Below are positions 32,768 to 42,274 of a stretch of DNA of 64,000 nt, piece after piece. The first letter of the stretch is position 1. Every line of letters begins with the position of its first letter. This DNA is from Candidatus Eiseniibacteriota bacterium (GTDB lineage Bacteria > Eisenbacteria > RBG-16-71-46). A program made the translations under genes and the position numbers. Location of the stretch: contig CAVZLN010000003.1 of assembly GCA_963776245.1 (NCBI GenBank), positions 928,001-992,000 of the forward strand. The letters are read 5' to 3'. The notes below the pieces were generated by a model. That model was not told the origin of the DNA. It saw only the letters and a list, made by a program, of their open reading frames with translations, and searched no databases.

Positions 32768-34072
32768 CTACGCCCGCTCCCAGCGGCGCGCCAGCAGGCG
32801 CGCGAGTCCCAGGAACACGACGGTGAAGCCGAACAACACCCCGACCTGCGGCGCCAGGTCGATCACGCGCGCGTCGCGCCAGAACACCTTCACGTAACCG
32901 TCGAGCGCCCACGCATTGAAGGTGAGCAGTCCCAGCCGCTGCATGCTCTCGCTCATCAGGAAGCGCGGGAACATGCTCCCGCCGAGGGCGGAGAGCGAGA
33001 TGATGATCAGCGTCGAGATCCCGCCCAGCTGCTGCCGCGTGCGGCACAGGGTGGCGAGCATCAGGCCGAAGCCGGCCGCGACCCCGGCGGTGAACACCGT
33101 CATCACCACGAAGCCGGGCAGGTGGGCGAGCAGGTCGAGGTGGAACGCGAGCATCGCGTACACGAACATCACCGTGATCCCGAGGCATCCGAGCAGCACC
33201 AGGTACACGAACTTGCCCGCCAGCAGGCCGTTCATCCCCACGCGGCTCGACAGCACGCGCTCGAGCGTGCCCGACTCCACCTCCTCGAGCAGCGCGCCCG
33301 CCGCGCCGGAGGCGCTGAACATCAGGAACATCACCGCGATGCCGGCGGCGTAGAACGAGATCATGCTGGTGTCGCGCTTGCGGCCCAGCAGCTCGCGCGT
33401 CTCGACGCGCACCAGGCCGTCCGAGCTCCCGCTTCCCGAGTCGCTCGCTGCGCCGCCGCCGAGCTTCGCCAGCGTGGTGTCGCGCTCGCGGACGTCGAGC
33501 ATGGTGAGCCAGCCCTCGGAGAGCTGGCGCTGCCTCGGCGTGAGCCCGCCGGCATAGCGGTCGAACTCGCCGATGCCCCGGCGCGCGAACGACGAGGGCA
33601 TCGCGGTCATCACGACCTTCTGCAGCAGGCCCGCCACCATCTGCGGCGCGACCGGGTCCGACGGGTCGGTGAGGAGCGTGATCGCGTCCCCGCCGCCGTC
33701 GAAGCGGCCGATCGAGGAGTCGATCCCCGCAGGCACCACCAGCGCCACCGGGACGTCCCCGCGGCGCACCCAGGCCTCGGCGCGCGCGCGGTCGAACGGG
33801 ACTCGCGTGGTGTCGGCGGGACTCGCCTGCGCGGTGGTGCGCACGCGCAGTCCGCGCTCGGCCGCGAGCGCCCGGATCAGGCGCAGGCTGGTCGGGGTGC
33901 GCGCCTCGTCCACCACCACCACCGGGACCCGCGGCGTGACGTCGCGCCCACGGCCGCCGAACGCGAACGCGAAGATGGTGAAGAACACGATCGGCACCGC
34001 GAACGTGAGGATCTGCGCCGGACGGTCGCGCCGGAGGTTGGTGAAGTAGACGCGCAGCAGGGGGGCGATCAT
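32768..34072 (-). CDS. ABC-2 type transporter permease
   Basis: N-terminal TM, large periplasmic loop, EEVESGTLERVL, LGGSMFP, FNAWALDG. Confidence 0.9.
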   Translation of the reverse strand: MIAPLLRVYFTNLRRDRPAQILTFAVPIVFFTIFAFAFGGRGRDVTPRVPVVVVDEARTPTSLRLIRALAAERGLRVRTTAQASPADTTRVPFDRARAEAWVRRGDVPVALVVPAGIDSSIGRFDGGGDAITLLTDPSDPVAPQMVAGLLQKVVMTAMPSSFARRGIGEFDRYAGGLTPRQRQLSEGWLTMLDVRERDTTLAKLGGGAASDSGSGSSDGLVRVETRELLGRKRDTSMISFYAAGIAVMFLMFSASGAAGALLEEVESGTLERVLSSRVGMNGLLAGKFVYLVLLGCLGITVMFVYAMLAFHLDLLAHLPGFVVMTVFTAGVAAGFGLMLATLCRTRQQLGGISTLIIISLSALGGSMFPRFLMSESMQRLGLLTFNAWALDGYVKVFWRDARVIDLAPQVGVLFGFTVVFLGLARLLARRWERA

Positions 34073-34983
34073 TCGCGCAGCTCCCGTCCGGTGAGGTGGA
34101 TGAACACCGACTGCAGGCTCGGCCGGCGCAGCTCGAGATCCACGACCCCGCACCCGGCCGCGGCGACGCGACCCAGCAGCGGGGCCAGTTCGGCGTCGAT
34201 GTCGCGCAGTTGGGCGGTGAGCACGCGATCGCCGTCGGCCGCCTCGAGGCCGGGGATCGCGGCGGCCGGCGCGCGGTCGAGCGTGAGCGTGACGGTGCGG
34301 TGGGCGCCGACGGTGGCGCTCACCAGTTCCGCGAGCGTGCCGGACGCGCACACGCGCCCGTGGTCCACGATCACGATGCGCTCGCAGCGGGCCTCGGCCT
34401 CCTCGAGGTGATGGGTGGTGAGCAGCAGCGTGGCACCCGCGCGCCGCAGGACCTCGAGCATCTCCCAGATGCGCTCGCGGCTTTGCGGATCGACGCCCAC
34501 GGTGGGTTCGTCGAGCAGCAGGACGCGCGGCTCGTGCAGCACGCCGCACGCGATGTTGAGCCGGCGCTTCATGCCGCCGGAGAAGTTCCGGATCGGCTCC
34601 CGCGCGCGGTCGTCGAGCCCGGTCCACCCGAGCGCCCACTCCACGCGCTGGCGCAGCGCCCCGCCCCGCAGTCCCTGGAGTGCGCCGAAGGCCTCGAGGT
34701 TCTCCCTCGCGGTGAGCAGCGGGTAGAGCGCGATCTCCTGCGGCACCACGCCCAGTCCCACCCGCGGCTCGCCGCCCTCGAGGCGCCGGCCGAACAGCTC
34801 GAGCGTCCCGGAATCGAGCCGCACCCGCCCCGCGAGCGTGCGCACCAGCGTGGTCTTGCCGGCACCGTTGGGCCCCAGCAGGCCGAGCAGCTCGCCCTCG
34901 CGCAGCTCGAGCGAGAGCCCGTCGAGCGCCGGGGTGGCGCCGAAGCGCTTCTTCGCGTCGCGAACCTCGAGCACGGTCGTCAT
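34069..34983 (-). CDS. ABC transporter ATP-binding protein
   Basis: [33 protein letters not shown]. Confidence 0.95.
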   Translation of the reverse strand: MTTVLEVRDAKKRFGATPALDGLSLELREGELLGLLGPNGAGKTTLVRTLAGRVRLDSGTLELFGRRLEGGEPRVGLGVVPQEIALYPLLTARENLEAFGALQGLRGGALRQRVEWALGWTGLDDRAREPIRNFSGGMKRRLNIACGVLHEPRVLLLDEPTVGVDPQSRERIWEMLEVLRRAGATLLLTTHHLEEAEARCERIVIVDHGRVCASGTLAELVSATVGAHRTVTLTLDRAPAAAIPGLEAADGDRVLTAQLRDIDAELAPLLGRVAAAGCGVVDLELRRPSLQSVFIHLTGRELRE

Positions 34984-35090
34984 GGCCGGGAATCTAGGCG
35001 GTGGCCGGGGAGAGCTTCAACCCCGCAGCGACGGATGGTCGAACCAGGGGGACGGATGGCCGGCAGGAGCGGCCGGTCGCCGCGGCCGGC

Positions 35091-36086
35091 TCAACCGCCG
35101 ATGGCGCTCATGCCGCGCGCGGGCTGCTCGAACGCCGGGCTGTTGATGAGGTGCCCGGGCTGTTTGCGCCACACTGCGGCGGTCAGCAGCGCGGCGAGGT
35201 CCTCGTCGGTCCCGCCGCCCCGCATCAGGTCGCGCACGTCGTGCTCGTGGTTCGCGAACAGGCAGGTGCGGATCTGACCGTCGGCGGTGAGCCGGATGCG
35301 GTCGCAGTGCCCGCAGAACGGCCGCGTCACCGAGGCGATCATGCCCACGAGCCCGCGCCCGTCGAGGTAGCGGTACATCGACGCGGGAGCACTCGGGTCC
35401 TCGACCCGCGCGGGCTCGAGCGGATAGGCCGCGCCCACCTGCGCGAGGATCTCGCTGGCCGGGACCAGCTTCTCGCGCGACCAGCCGCGTCCGAAGTCGA
35501 GCGGCATCCACTCGATGAAGCGCAGCTCGAACCCCTCGTCGCGCGCCCAGCCCGCCAGCCGCACCGCCTCGTCCTCGTTGAAGCCGCGCATCAGCACCGC
35601 GTTGATCTTGATCGGGGTGAACCCCGCCGCGCGCGCGGCCGCGAGGCCGGCGAACACGTCGGCGATCCGGTCGCGGCGCGCCAGCGCCTGGAAGCGACCG
35701 CGGTCGAGCGTGTCGAGGCTCACGTTGACGCGCCGCAGGCCGGCGTCCCGCAGCGCGGGCGCCATCTCCACCAGCTTGAGACCGTTGGTGGTGAGCGACA
35801 GGTCGAGCCCGGGGCGCAGCTCGCCGAGCAGGCGCACCAGCACCGGCAGGTCGAGCCGGACGGTGGGCTCGCCGCCGGTGAGCCGGATGCCCGTCACCCC
35901 GAGCGACAGGCACACGCGCGCGACGCGCGCGATCTCCTCGTAGGTGAGGATGCGGTCCTTGGGCAACCAGGGCATGCCCGCGGCGGGCATGCAGTACACG
36001 CAGCGCAGGTTGCACCGGTCGGTGACCGAGACGCGCAGGTCACGGACCACGCGGCCCTGGGTGTCGATGAGGGTCGGACGCTCCAT
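35091..36086 (-). CDS. moaA: GTP 3',8-cyclase MoaA
   Basis: LRVSVTDRCNLRCVYCMP, FCGHCDRIRLTADG.IRTCL, C-terminal MSAIGG. Confidence 0.97.
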   Translation of the reverse strand: MERPTLIDTQGRVVRDLRVSVTDRCNLRCVYCMPAAGMPWLPKDRILTYEEIARVARVCLSLGVTGIRLTGGEPTVRLDLPVLVRLLGELRPGLDLSLTTNGLKLVEMAPALRDAGLRRVNVSLDTLDRGRFQALARRDRIADVFAGLAAARAAGFTPIKINAVLMRGFNEDEAVRLAGWARDEGFELRFIEWMPLDFGRGWSREKLVPASEILAQVGAAYPLEPARVEDPSAPASMYRYLDGRGLVGMIASVTRPFCGHCDRIRLTADGQIRTCLFANHEHDVRDLMRGGGTDEDLAALLTAAVWRKQPGHLINSPAFEQPARGMSAIGG

Positions 36087-36292
36087 GGGTCGGAGGAGTG
36101 TACAACAGCGCAGCCGCTCCGGGCGCGCATCATCGATGCCCTCCCGCCGCCCCCGGTGCTCCCCGGTCCCGCCGTCGCCCCGGTCCCGCCGTCGCCCCGG
36201 CCCCGCCCCGGCCCCGCGGGCCCCGCCGTTGACGCGGCCCGCGCGCCCCCCTAGGGTCGCGGGCCGAAGGACCTATCCGACCGGAGAGCCCC

Positions 36293-38197
36293 GTGCCCAA
36301 GTCCGCCCCCAGTCCCCATCCGCCCTCCGCCTCCGCCCCGCCCACCGCCCCGGCCGCGGTCGCCCCGCCGCCCACGTGGCGCGATCCGTGGGCGTGGGCG
36401 ACCGTGCTCGCGGTGCTCCCGCTGGCGTGGGCGATGCGCGGGGCGCTGCAGGCGGAGCCGGTGGCGGACGACTTCGACATGCTGTATCGCGGGTTCTTCA
36501 CCGGGGTGGGGTCTCTGCTGGATGGGGGCGGCACGCAGGCGTTCTGGCGGCCGATTCCGCAGCAGCTCTACTACGGCACCCTCGCGCCGCTGCTGCTGTC
36601 GCACCCGGCGGTGGTGGCGCTGCTCCACATCGGGCTGCTGGCGCTGGGTTCGCTGGTGCTGTATCGCACGCTGCGCCCGAGCTGGAGCGGCGGACTGGCG
36701 GCGGCCGCGGCGTCGTTCCCGCTGCTGGCGGAGTCGGTGCGCACGATCGCGGGTTGGGCGGCGTACTTCGTGGACATCGGCCTGTTCGTGTGCGTCGCGC
36801 TGGCGCTGCATGAGGCGTCGCGGCGGCGGCTGGGGACGGCGCTGGCGGCGCTGCTCGGCGCGCTGCTGTGCAAGGAGTCCGCGGTGGTGGCGGCGGTGAT
36901 GCTGCCGTGGGTGCCCGCGGCTCGACCGCTCGCCGACGGCGAGCGCCGGCGGTGGGCGGTGGCGACGGCGGCCGTGACGCTGGGATGGGGGCTGGTCTAT
37001 CTGTGGGTGCGGCGCAGCGCGCATCTCGAGCTGCCGCACGGGATGGAGCACGACTCCGCTTTACTGGGGACGCCGCTGGGGGTGCGGTTGGGGTGGGCGT
37101 TCGTCGGCAGTCTGAAGGCGCTGGCGAGTCTGACGCTGGTGGCGGGGCCTCGCGATGGAGCGGTGCTGGCGGGGGTGACCGCGCTGTTCGTCCTCGCGTT
37201 CGCTCGGCTGGCGGCGCGGTCCGCCGCGCGGGCGCGCCTGCGGCGGATGCGCGGCTGGATCGGGTTCGGGCTCGCGTGGTTCGTGCTGGCGACGCTGGTG
37301 CTGACGACGATCTTCCCGATGTGGGAGCCGAAACGCAGCCAGTTCGGGGGCGTGGGGCTCGGGATCGCGGCGGTGGGGCTGCTCGGCGCGGCGCACCCGG
37401 CGCTGGCCGGCGCGCTGGTGGTCGGACGGCTCGCGCTGCTGGGGCTGGCACCGGGGGCCGCGAGCGGCGTGAGCACCGAGCCCCCGGTGAGCGGGGCGTT
37501 CATGGACTTCGCGCGGCTCACCCGCCTGCAGCGGCTGATGCGCGTGACGCGCCAGGCGCTGCGGGAACGCCATCCCACCCTGCCGCACGGAGCGGTCCTG
37601 GTGGGACAGAACCTGCCGCACGCGGCCGAGTACGCGCTCGGCGGGGACCAGGCGCTGCGCCTGTGGTACCGCGACTCGACGCTGCGCTGGATGCGCTTCG
37701 AGGAGTTCCGGCGGCACAGCGAGCTGCCGGTCGCCGACATCCTGATGTTCCAGACCGAACTGCGGCCCGAGGTGGTGCTGATCGATCCGGACGCGGTGCG
37801 CGCCCAGTTCCAGGGCTTCGCGCTCCTGCAGCGGGGGCGGTGGGCCGAGGCGCTCGCGCAATACGACCGGGCCGATTCGCTGATCGGCGACCGCCGGGCG
37901 CTGGTGTTGCTCGGGCGGCTCGACTCGGAGCGTTCGTACTGCCTGATCCAGCTCGGACGCCCGTCCGAGGCCGAGGGGGTCTCGCGGCGCGGGCTCGGGC
38001 GCTGGCCGGCCGAGCCGTTCACGCGCCTGACGCTCGCGATGGCGCTGGCCGAGCAGCGCCGCTGGAGCGACGCCGAGGTCCAGCTCGACTCACTGCTGGC
38101 GCGCGAGCCCGGCTACCCCGACGCCCTCGACCTGCGCGCTCGCATCGCCGCGGCCCGCGGCGCGCCAGCGGCCGCGCCGTCGCGAGGGCGGCGCTGA
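36293..38197 (+). CDS. Polytopic membrane protein (GT-C-like N-terminus) with C-terminal TPR
   Basis: ADDF in first loop, FWRP, LLCKESA; multiple TMs; C-terminal TPR helices. Confidence 0.65.
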   Translation: MPKSAPSPHPPSASAPPTAPAAVAPPPTWRDPWAWATVLAVLPLAWAMRGALQAEPVADDFDMLYRGFFTGVGSLLDGGGTQAFWRPIPQQLYYGTLAPLLLSHPAVVALLHIGLLALGSLVLYRTLRPSWSGGLAAAAASFPLLAESVRTIAGWAAYFVDIGLFVCVALALHEASRRRLGTALAALLGALLCKESAVVAAVMLPWVPAARPLADGERRRWAVATAAVTLGWGLVYLWVRRSAHLELPHGMEHDSALLGTPLGVRLGWAFVGSLKALASLTLVAGPRDGAVLAGVTALFVLAFARLAARSAARARLRRMRGWIGFGLAWFVLATLVLTTIFPMWEPKRSQFGGVGLGIAAVGLLGAAHPALAGALVVGRLALLGLAPGAASGVSTEPPVSGAFMDFARLTRLQRLMRVTRQALRERHPTLPHGAVLVGQNLPHAAEYALGGDQALRLWYRDSTLRWMRFEEFRRHSELPVADILMFQTELRPEVVLIDPDAVRAQFQGFALLQRGRWAEALAQYDRADSLIGDRRALVLLGRLDSERSYCLIQLGRPSEAEGVSRRGLGRWPAEPFTRLTLAMALAEQRRWSDAEVQLDSLLAREPGYPDALDLRARIAAARGAPAAAPSRGRR

Positions 38198-38249
38198 ACA
38201 CGGCACGCGCCCGAGTGGCGCCTCACCCGCGCGGGCTATACTCCGTTCC

Positions 38250-39386
38250 ATGACTCCCCGACTGCGCCTGATCCTGGTCGCCGCCGTGCTCGCGGTGTTC
38301 GCCTGGCTCGCCGTCGGGCCGGTGCGCCACGCGCTGCGCTCCTCGCTCGCGAACGTGCGCGCGCTGAAGACCGCCGGCCACGACCGCGAGGCGCTCGCCG
38401 ATGGCGAACGGCTGCCCGCGCTGACGGGCGCGCCGGCGTGGGTGAACGGCGGGCCCATCACCGCCGACTCGCTGGGTGAGCGCATGACCGTCGTGGTGGT
38501 ATTCAGCGACACGCGGCCGGCCACCCTCGACCTGCTGCCCCGCCTCGAGGAGCTCCACGAGGGGTTCTCCGGGGCGGGGCTGCGAGTGGTGGGCGTGCAC
38601 GTGCCCGAGTTCGCCTTCGCCGCCGACACCGCGGTGACCGCGCGGCTCGCCCGGCGGCTGGGCCTGCGCTTCCCGATCGCCCTCGATGCCCGCCGCGAGC
38701 TCGAACGCGCGCTCGGCGGGATGGGCCGCAACGGCGACCCGCGCAAGGTGATCGCGGACGGCGCCGGCCGCGTGATCGGGAGCTCGGACGAGGCCACCGA
38801 CCTGAGCGTGCGTCTCGCGATCGCGCGGCTGATGCCCGGCGTGCCCATCGACTCCCTGCCCCGCGTCGCGGACGGCGGGAGCGGCGCGGAGGATCCCGCC
38901 CAGCGGCCGCGCTTCATCCCGCTCGGCATCGGCCGCGTGGAAGGCGGACCGCTGGCCGAGGCCGAGGCGGGAGAGGCGCGCACCTTCACCGCCCAGTTCC
39001 GCTATCAGGAGCAGGGCGAGCCCGCGGTGCCCTATCCGGTCGGGCGCTGGACGCCCGACGCCGAAGGGCTGACCGCGGTGCGCGGGGGAGCGGCGCAGTT
39101 CGTGGCGATACGCTATGATGCCGCGCGTTCGGGCCCGGCGCGGGTGGGGGCGGTCATGAGCCCGCCGCGCGAGGGACCGGTGCGTGTGTGGGTGCTGCGC
39201 GACGAGAAGTGGCTGCCGCGCGAGGCGCTCGGGGCGGACGCCCGGCTGGATCCGCACGGCGCGTCCTACATCGATGTGGATGAGTCTCGGCTCTACCTCG
39301 TGGCGCGCGGTGGCGGCGTGTTCAAGCTGTCCCCGGAGCGACCCGGGCTGGTGCTCCACGCGTTCACGCTCGAGCCCCGGCACTGA
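38250..39386 (+). CDS. DipZ-like thioredoxin-fold protein with C-terminal beta domain, lacking CxxC
   Basis: N-terminal anchor; WVNGGPIT, GLRVVGVHVPEFAF, FPIALD; C-terminal SRLYLV...PGLVLHAFT. Confidence 0.7.
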   Translation: MTPRLRLILVAAVLAVFAWLAVGPVRHALRSSLANVRALKTAGHDREALADGERLPALTGAPAWVNGGPITADSLGERMTVVVVFSDTRPATLDLLPRLEELHEGFSGAGLRVVGVHVPEFAFAADTAVTARLARRLGLRFPIALDARRELERALGGMGRNGDPRKVIADGAGRVIGSSDEATDLSVRLAIARLMPGVPIDSLPRVADGGSGAEDPAQRPRFIPLGIGRVEGGPLAEAEAGEARTFTAQFRYQEQGEPAVPYPVGRWTPDAEGLTAVRGGAAQFVAIRYDAARSGPARVGAVMSPPREGPVRVWVLRDEKWLPREALGADARLDPHGASYIDVDESRLYLVARGGGVFKLSPERPGLVLHAFTLEPRH

Positions 39387-39409
39387 CGGGAAGAACGACG
39401 GAGAACGAT

Positions 39410-39613
39410 ATGCCGCTGTGCGTCTACCTCTGCTATACGCCGGGCTGCCAGGCCAAGACCGATCGCTGGATGGAGACCGCCGAGGAGGGCGCGGCGGCGC
39501 GCCTCGAGTGTCCGCGCTGCGGTGTGCCGATGCAGTGCGCGTGGACCGGCTCCCAGACCGCGACCCCCAACATGAAGGACGCGGCTGTCTTCCCGAAGCG
39601 CCAGGCGGGCTGA
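39410..39613 (+). CDS. Small Cys-rich zinc-ribbon-like protein (67 aa)
   Basis: GGAG RBS; YLCYTPGC and ECPRCGVPM. Confidence 0.65.
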   Translation: MPLCVYLCYTPGCQAKTDRWMETAEEGAAARLECPRCGVPMQCAWTGSQTATPNMKDAAVFPKRQAG

Positions 39614-39659
39614 GGAAGCCGGGCCCCGGCCCGCTGCGGCGCCCGCTTCCCGCGCGGAC

Positions 39660-40499
39660 TCAGTTGAGCGCCGAGAGGATGCCGCGCAGCGCCACCACCC
39701 GGCGCTCGACATCCTCGCGGTCCAGCGCCGCCGGCGCGCTCGCGAGGTAGTCGCGCAGCGCCTCCAGCGCCTCGCCGTAGCGACCCAGCCGGTGGAGCAG
39801 CAGGCCGCGGTCGCGCCGCTGGCCGGCGTCCTCGGGGTGGAGCACCAGCAGGCGCTCGACCGCCGCCAGCGCGCCGGCGTGGTGGTCCGCGCGCAGGTAG
39901 GAGTTCTTCAGGTTGTGGAGCAGGCGCACGATCATCTCGCGCTTGCCCACCGAGGCGAGCATCGCCGGCTCGAACTCCAGCCGCCCGCCGGTGCTCGCCG
40001 CCAGGATGCGGCGGCAGTCCTCCTCGTGCACCGAGCGCCCGTCGTCGAACGGGTCGAGCACCAGGTCGCCGGGCTCGCCGGCGAGCCGCACCAGGAAGTG
40101 CGCCGGGAAGCCCACGCCCTCGAGCGGCATGTCCACGCGCCAGCCCAGCTCGAGCATCACGATGGCGAGCGTGAGCGGGATCCCCTTGCGGCGCCCGAGC
40201 ACCTCGTGCAGCAGCGCGTTGCGCGGGTCGAAGTAGTCGCGCGTGTCGCCGCGGAAGCCCAGCTCGTCGTACACGAAGGAGCGCAGCCGGGCGAGGCGCT
40301 GCAGGTTGTTCCACGACGGATCGAGGCGCTGCTTGAGCGTGCGGCCCCACTCGTCGAGGATGCCGACCTGCTGCTCCACGCGCAGCGCCGGGTCCGCTTC
40401 GGCGGCCACCAGCAGCGCCGCGCGCGCGAGGTCGAGCCCGGACTCGGGCCGCTGCATGTGGGTGAGGAACTCGAGCCGCAGGTCGTCGGGGGACGGCAT
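39660..40499 (-). CDS. SirB1-like (transglutaminase-like + TPR) protein
   Basis: DLARAALLVA, GFRGDTRDYFDPRN, RRKGIPLTL, GVGFPAHFLVR, RLLHNLK, RDRGLL. Confidence 0.9.
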   Translation of the reverse strand: MPSPDDLRLEFLTHMQRPESGLDLARAALLVAAEADPALRVEQQVGILDEWGRTLKQRLDPSWNNLQRLARLRSFVYDELGFRGDTRDYFDPRNALLHEVLGRRKGIPLTLAIVMLELGWRVDMPLEGVGFPAHFLVRLAGEPGDLVLDPFDDGRSVHEEDCRRILAASTGGRLEFEPAMLASVGKREMIVRLLHNLKNSYLRADHHAGALAAVERLLVLHPEDAGQRRDRGLLLHRLGRYGEALEALRDYLASAPAALDREDVERRVVALRGILSALN

Positions 40500-41604
40500 G
40501 ACGCGTGAACCCTCCTCGTCGAGCCGCGCGCGGGCGGCGGCACCGGTGCTGCCGGTGGCCGCGCTGCGGCGGCGGTTGCTCGCATGGTACCGCCGCGAGG
40601 CCCGCGACCTGCCATGGCGCCGCACCCGGGACCCGTACGCGGTGTGGGTCTCGGAGAGCATGCTCCAGCAGACCCAGGTGACCACGGTGCTGCCCTACTA
40701 CGCGCGCTTCCTCGCGCGCTTCCCCTCGCTCGCGGCGCTGGCACGGGCCCGCGAGGCCGAGGTGCTCCACGCGTGGGCCGGGCTCGGCTACTACCGGCGC
40801 GCGCGGGCGCTGCGGACGGCCGCCGGCATCGTGGTGCGCGAGCACGGCGGGCGGGTGCCCGACGACCCGGAGGCCTTCGGGCGCCTGCCCGGCGTGGGGC
40901 GCTACACCTGCGGCGCGGTGCTCTCGATCGCCTACGACCGCGCGCTGCCGGTGCTCGACGGCAACGTCGCGCGCGTGCTCTCGCGCCTCACCGCGCGGCC
41001 GCTGGTGTCGCGCGCGCCGCGCGATGCGAAGGCGCTGTGGGCACTCGCGACCTCGCTGGTTCCGATGCGCGCACCCGGCGCCTGGAACCAGGCGATGATG
41101 GAACTGGGCGCGCGGGTGTGCACCCCGCGCGCTCCGCTCTGCGAGACCTGCCCGGTGCGCGCGCTCTGTCGGGCGCGCGCGCTCGGGCGCGTGGACGAGT
41201 TCCCGCCGCCGGCCCCGCGCCGCGCGGGAGTCCACGTGCGGCGCGCGCTGGCGCTGATCGAGCGGCGTGGCCGCGTACTGGTGACGCGCCGCGCGGGCCG
41301 GCTGCTGGCCGGGCTGTGGGAGCCGCCGGGAGTGGACCTGGCGCGTGGCGCCGATGCGCGCCGGGCGCTGGCCGCGGCGCTGCGCGCGCTGGGACTGGCC
41401 GCGGCGCTCGCGCCGCTCGGCATCGCGGTGCGCCATACCATCACCCACCGCACGTTCGAGGTGGCGCTGTGGCGCGGCCGGCTGGCGGGCCGCGCGCCGC
41501 GCGCCGCGCACCTTCGCTTCGTGGATCCCGCGGCGCCGGACGTGGCGCTCACCGCGCTGGCGAGCAAGGCGATGCGCGCGGCGCGCGCGGCGCGCGAGGA
41601 ATGA
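40498..41604 (+). CDS. mutY: A/G-specific adenine glycosylase
   Basis: RDLPWR, WVSESMLQQTQV, WAGLGYYRRA, LPGVGRYT, LDGNV.RV, CTPRAPLCETCPVRALC. Start uncertain (40498 or GTG about 40546). Confidence 0.93.
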   Translation: MTREPSSSSRARAAAPVLPVAALRRRLLAWYRREARDLPWRRTRDPYAVWVSESMLQQTQVTTVLPYYARFLARFPSLAALARAREAEVLHAWAGLGYYRRARALRTAAGIVVREHGGRVPDDPEAFGRLPGVGRYTCGAVLSIAYDRALPVLDGNVARVLSRLTARPLVSRAPRDAKALWALATSLVPMRAPGAWNQAMMELGARVCTPRAPLCETCPVRALCRARALGRVDEFPPPAPRRAGVHVRRALALIERRGRVLVTRRAGRLLAGLWEPPGVDLARGADARRALAAALRALGLAAALAPLGIAVRHTITHRTFEVALWRGRLAGRAPRAAHLRFVDPAAPDVALTALASKAMRAARAAREE

Positions 41605-41716
41605 CGTGCTCACCGACCGGCGCGGGTGCTAGTTTGCCGGCGGGTCGCCGGCGCGACCCGTGACCGAAGTCTCCCTCGTCGCTGGCCGTGTCCCGAGGCA
41701 TCGAGCGCCATCCCGC

Positions 41717-42274
41717 ATGTTCCTCGCACCGCGATCCAAGGTCGTGAAGCACTGCCCCTCCGGGCATGTCCTCGAGCGCACCGCGATGACCTGTCCGCGC
41801 TGCGGCACCGCCGCGCCCGCGGGCCCGGCCGCGGAACCGGACCCGGCCGATGCCACCATCGTGAGCAGCGCGCCGCGTCGCCCGGATGTCGCCCCCGCAC
41901 GCGCACCCGCACCCGCGCCTGCGCCCGCACCCACACCCGCGCCCGTCCTGCTCTGGGAGCTGGTGGGCACCGTGGGCCCGGTCGAGGGACAGCGCTTCAC
42001 GCTCGCGGCCGGGCGCACGCGGATCGGCAAGGCGCCGGGGAAGTCCGGGGACGGCCCGACGCTCGAGATCGCCGACACCTTCCTGTCGCGCGAGCACGCG
42101 GTGCTCGAGGTGGGCGCCGAGGGCGTGGTGCTGCGCGATCTGGGCTCCACCAATGGCACGTTCGTGAACGGCGTGCGCACGTCGGGCGGGGTGTTGCGCG
42201 CGGGGGACCTGCTGACGCTCGGGCGCTGCGGGTTCTCGGTGGTCCGCGTGGAGCCGGGGGGCGGGACGCCATGA
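41717..42274 (+). CDS. Zinc-ribbon + FHA domain protein
   Basis: CPSGH...CPRC, DATIV, Pro/Ala linker, FHA (IGK, LSREHA, DLGSTNGTFVNG). Start could be 41660 or 41744. Confidence 0.85.
   Translation: MFLAPRSKVVKHCPSGHVLERTAMTCPRCGTAAPAGPAAEPDPADATIVSSAPRRPDVAPARAPAPAPAPAPTPAPVLLWELVGTVGPVEGQRFTLAAGRTRIGKAPGKSGDGPTLEIADTFLSREHAVLEVGAEGVVLRDLGSTNGTFVNGVRTSGGVLRAGDLLTLGRCGFSVVRVEPGGGTP

Noticed and set aside
41890..41945. DNA tandem repeat (GCACCC/GCGCCC)
   Set aside because: Simply encodes the Ala-Pro linker of the FHA protein.
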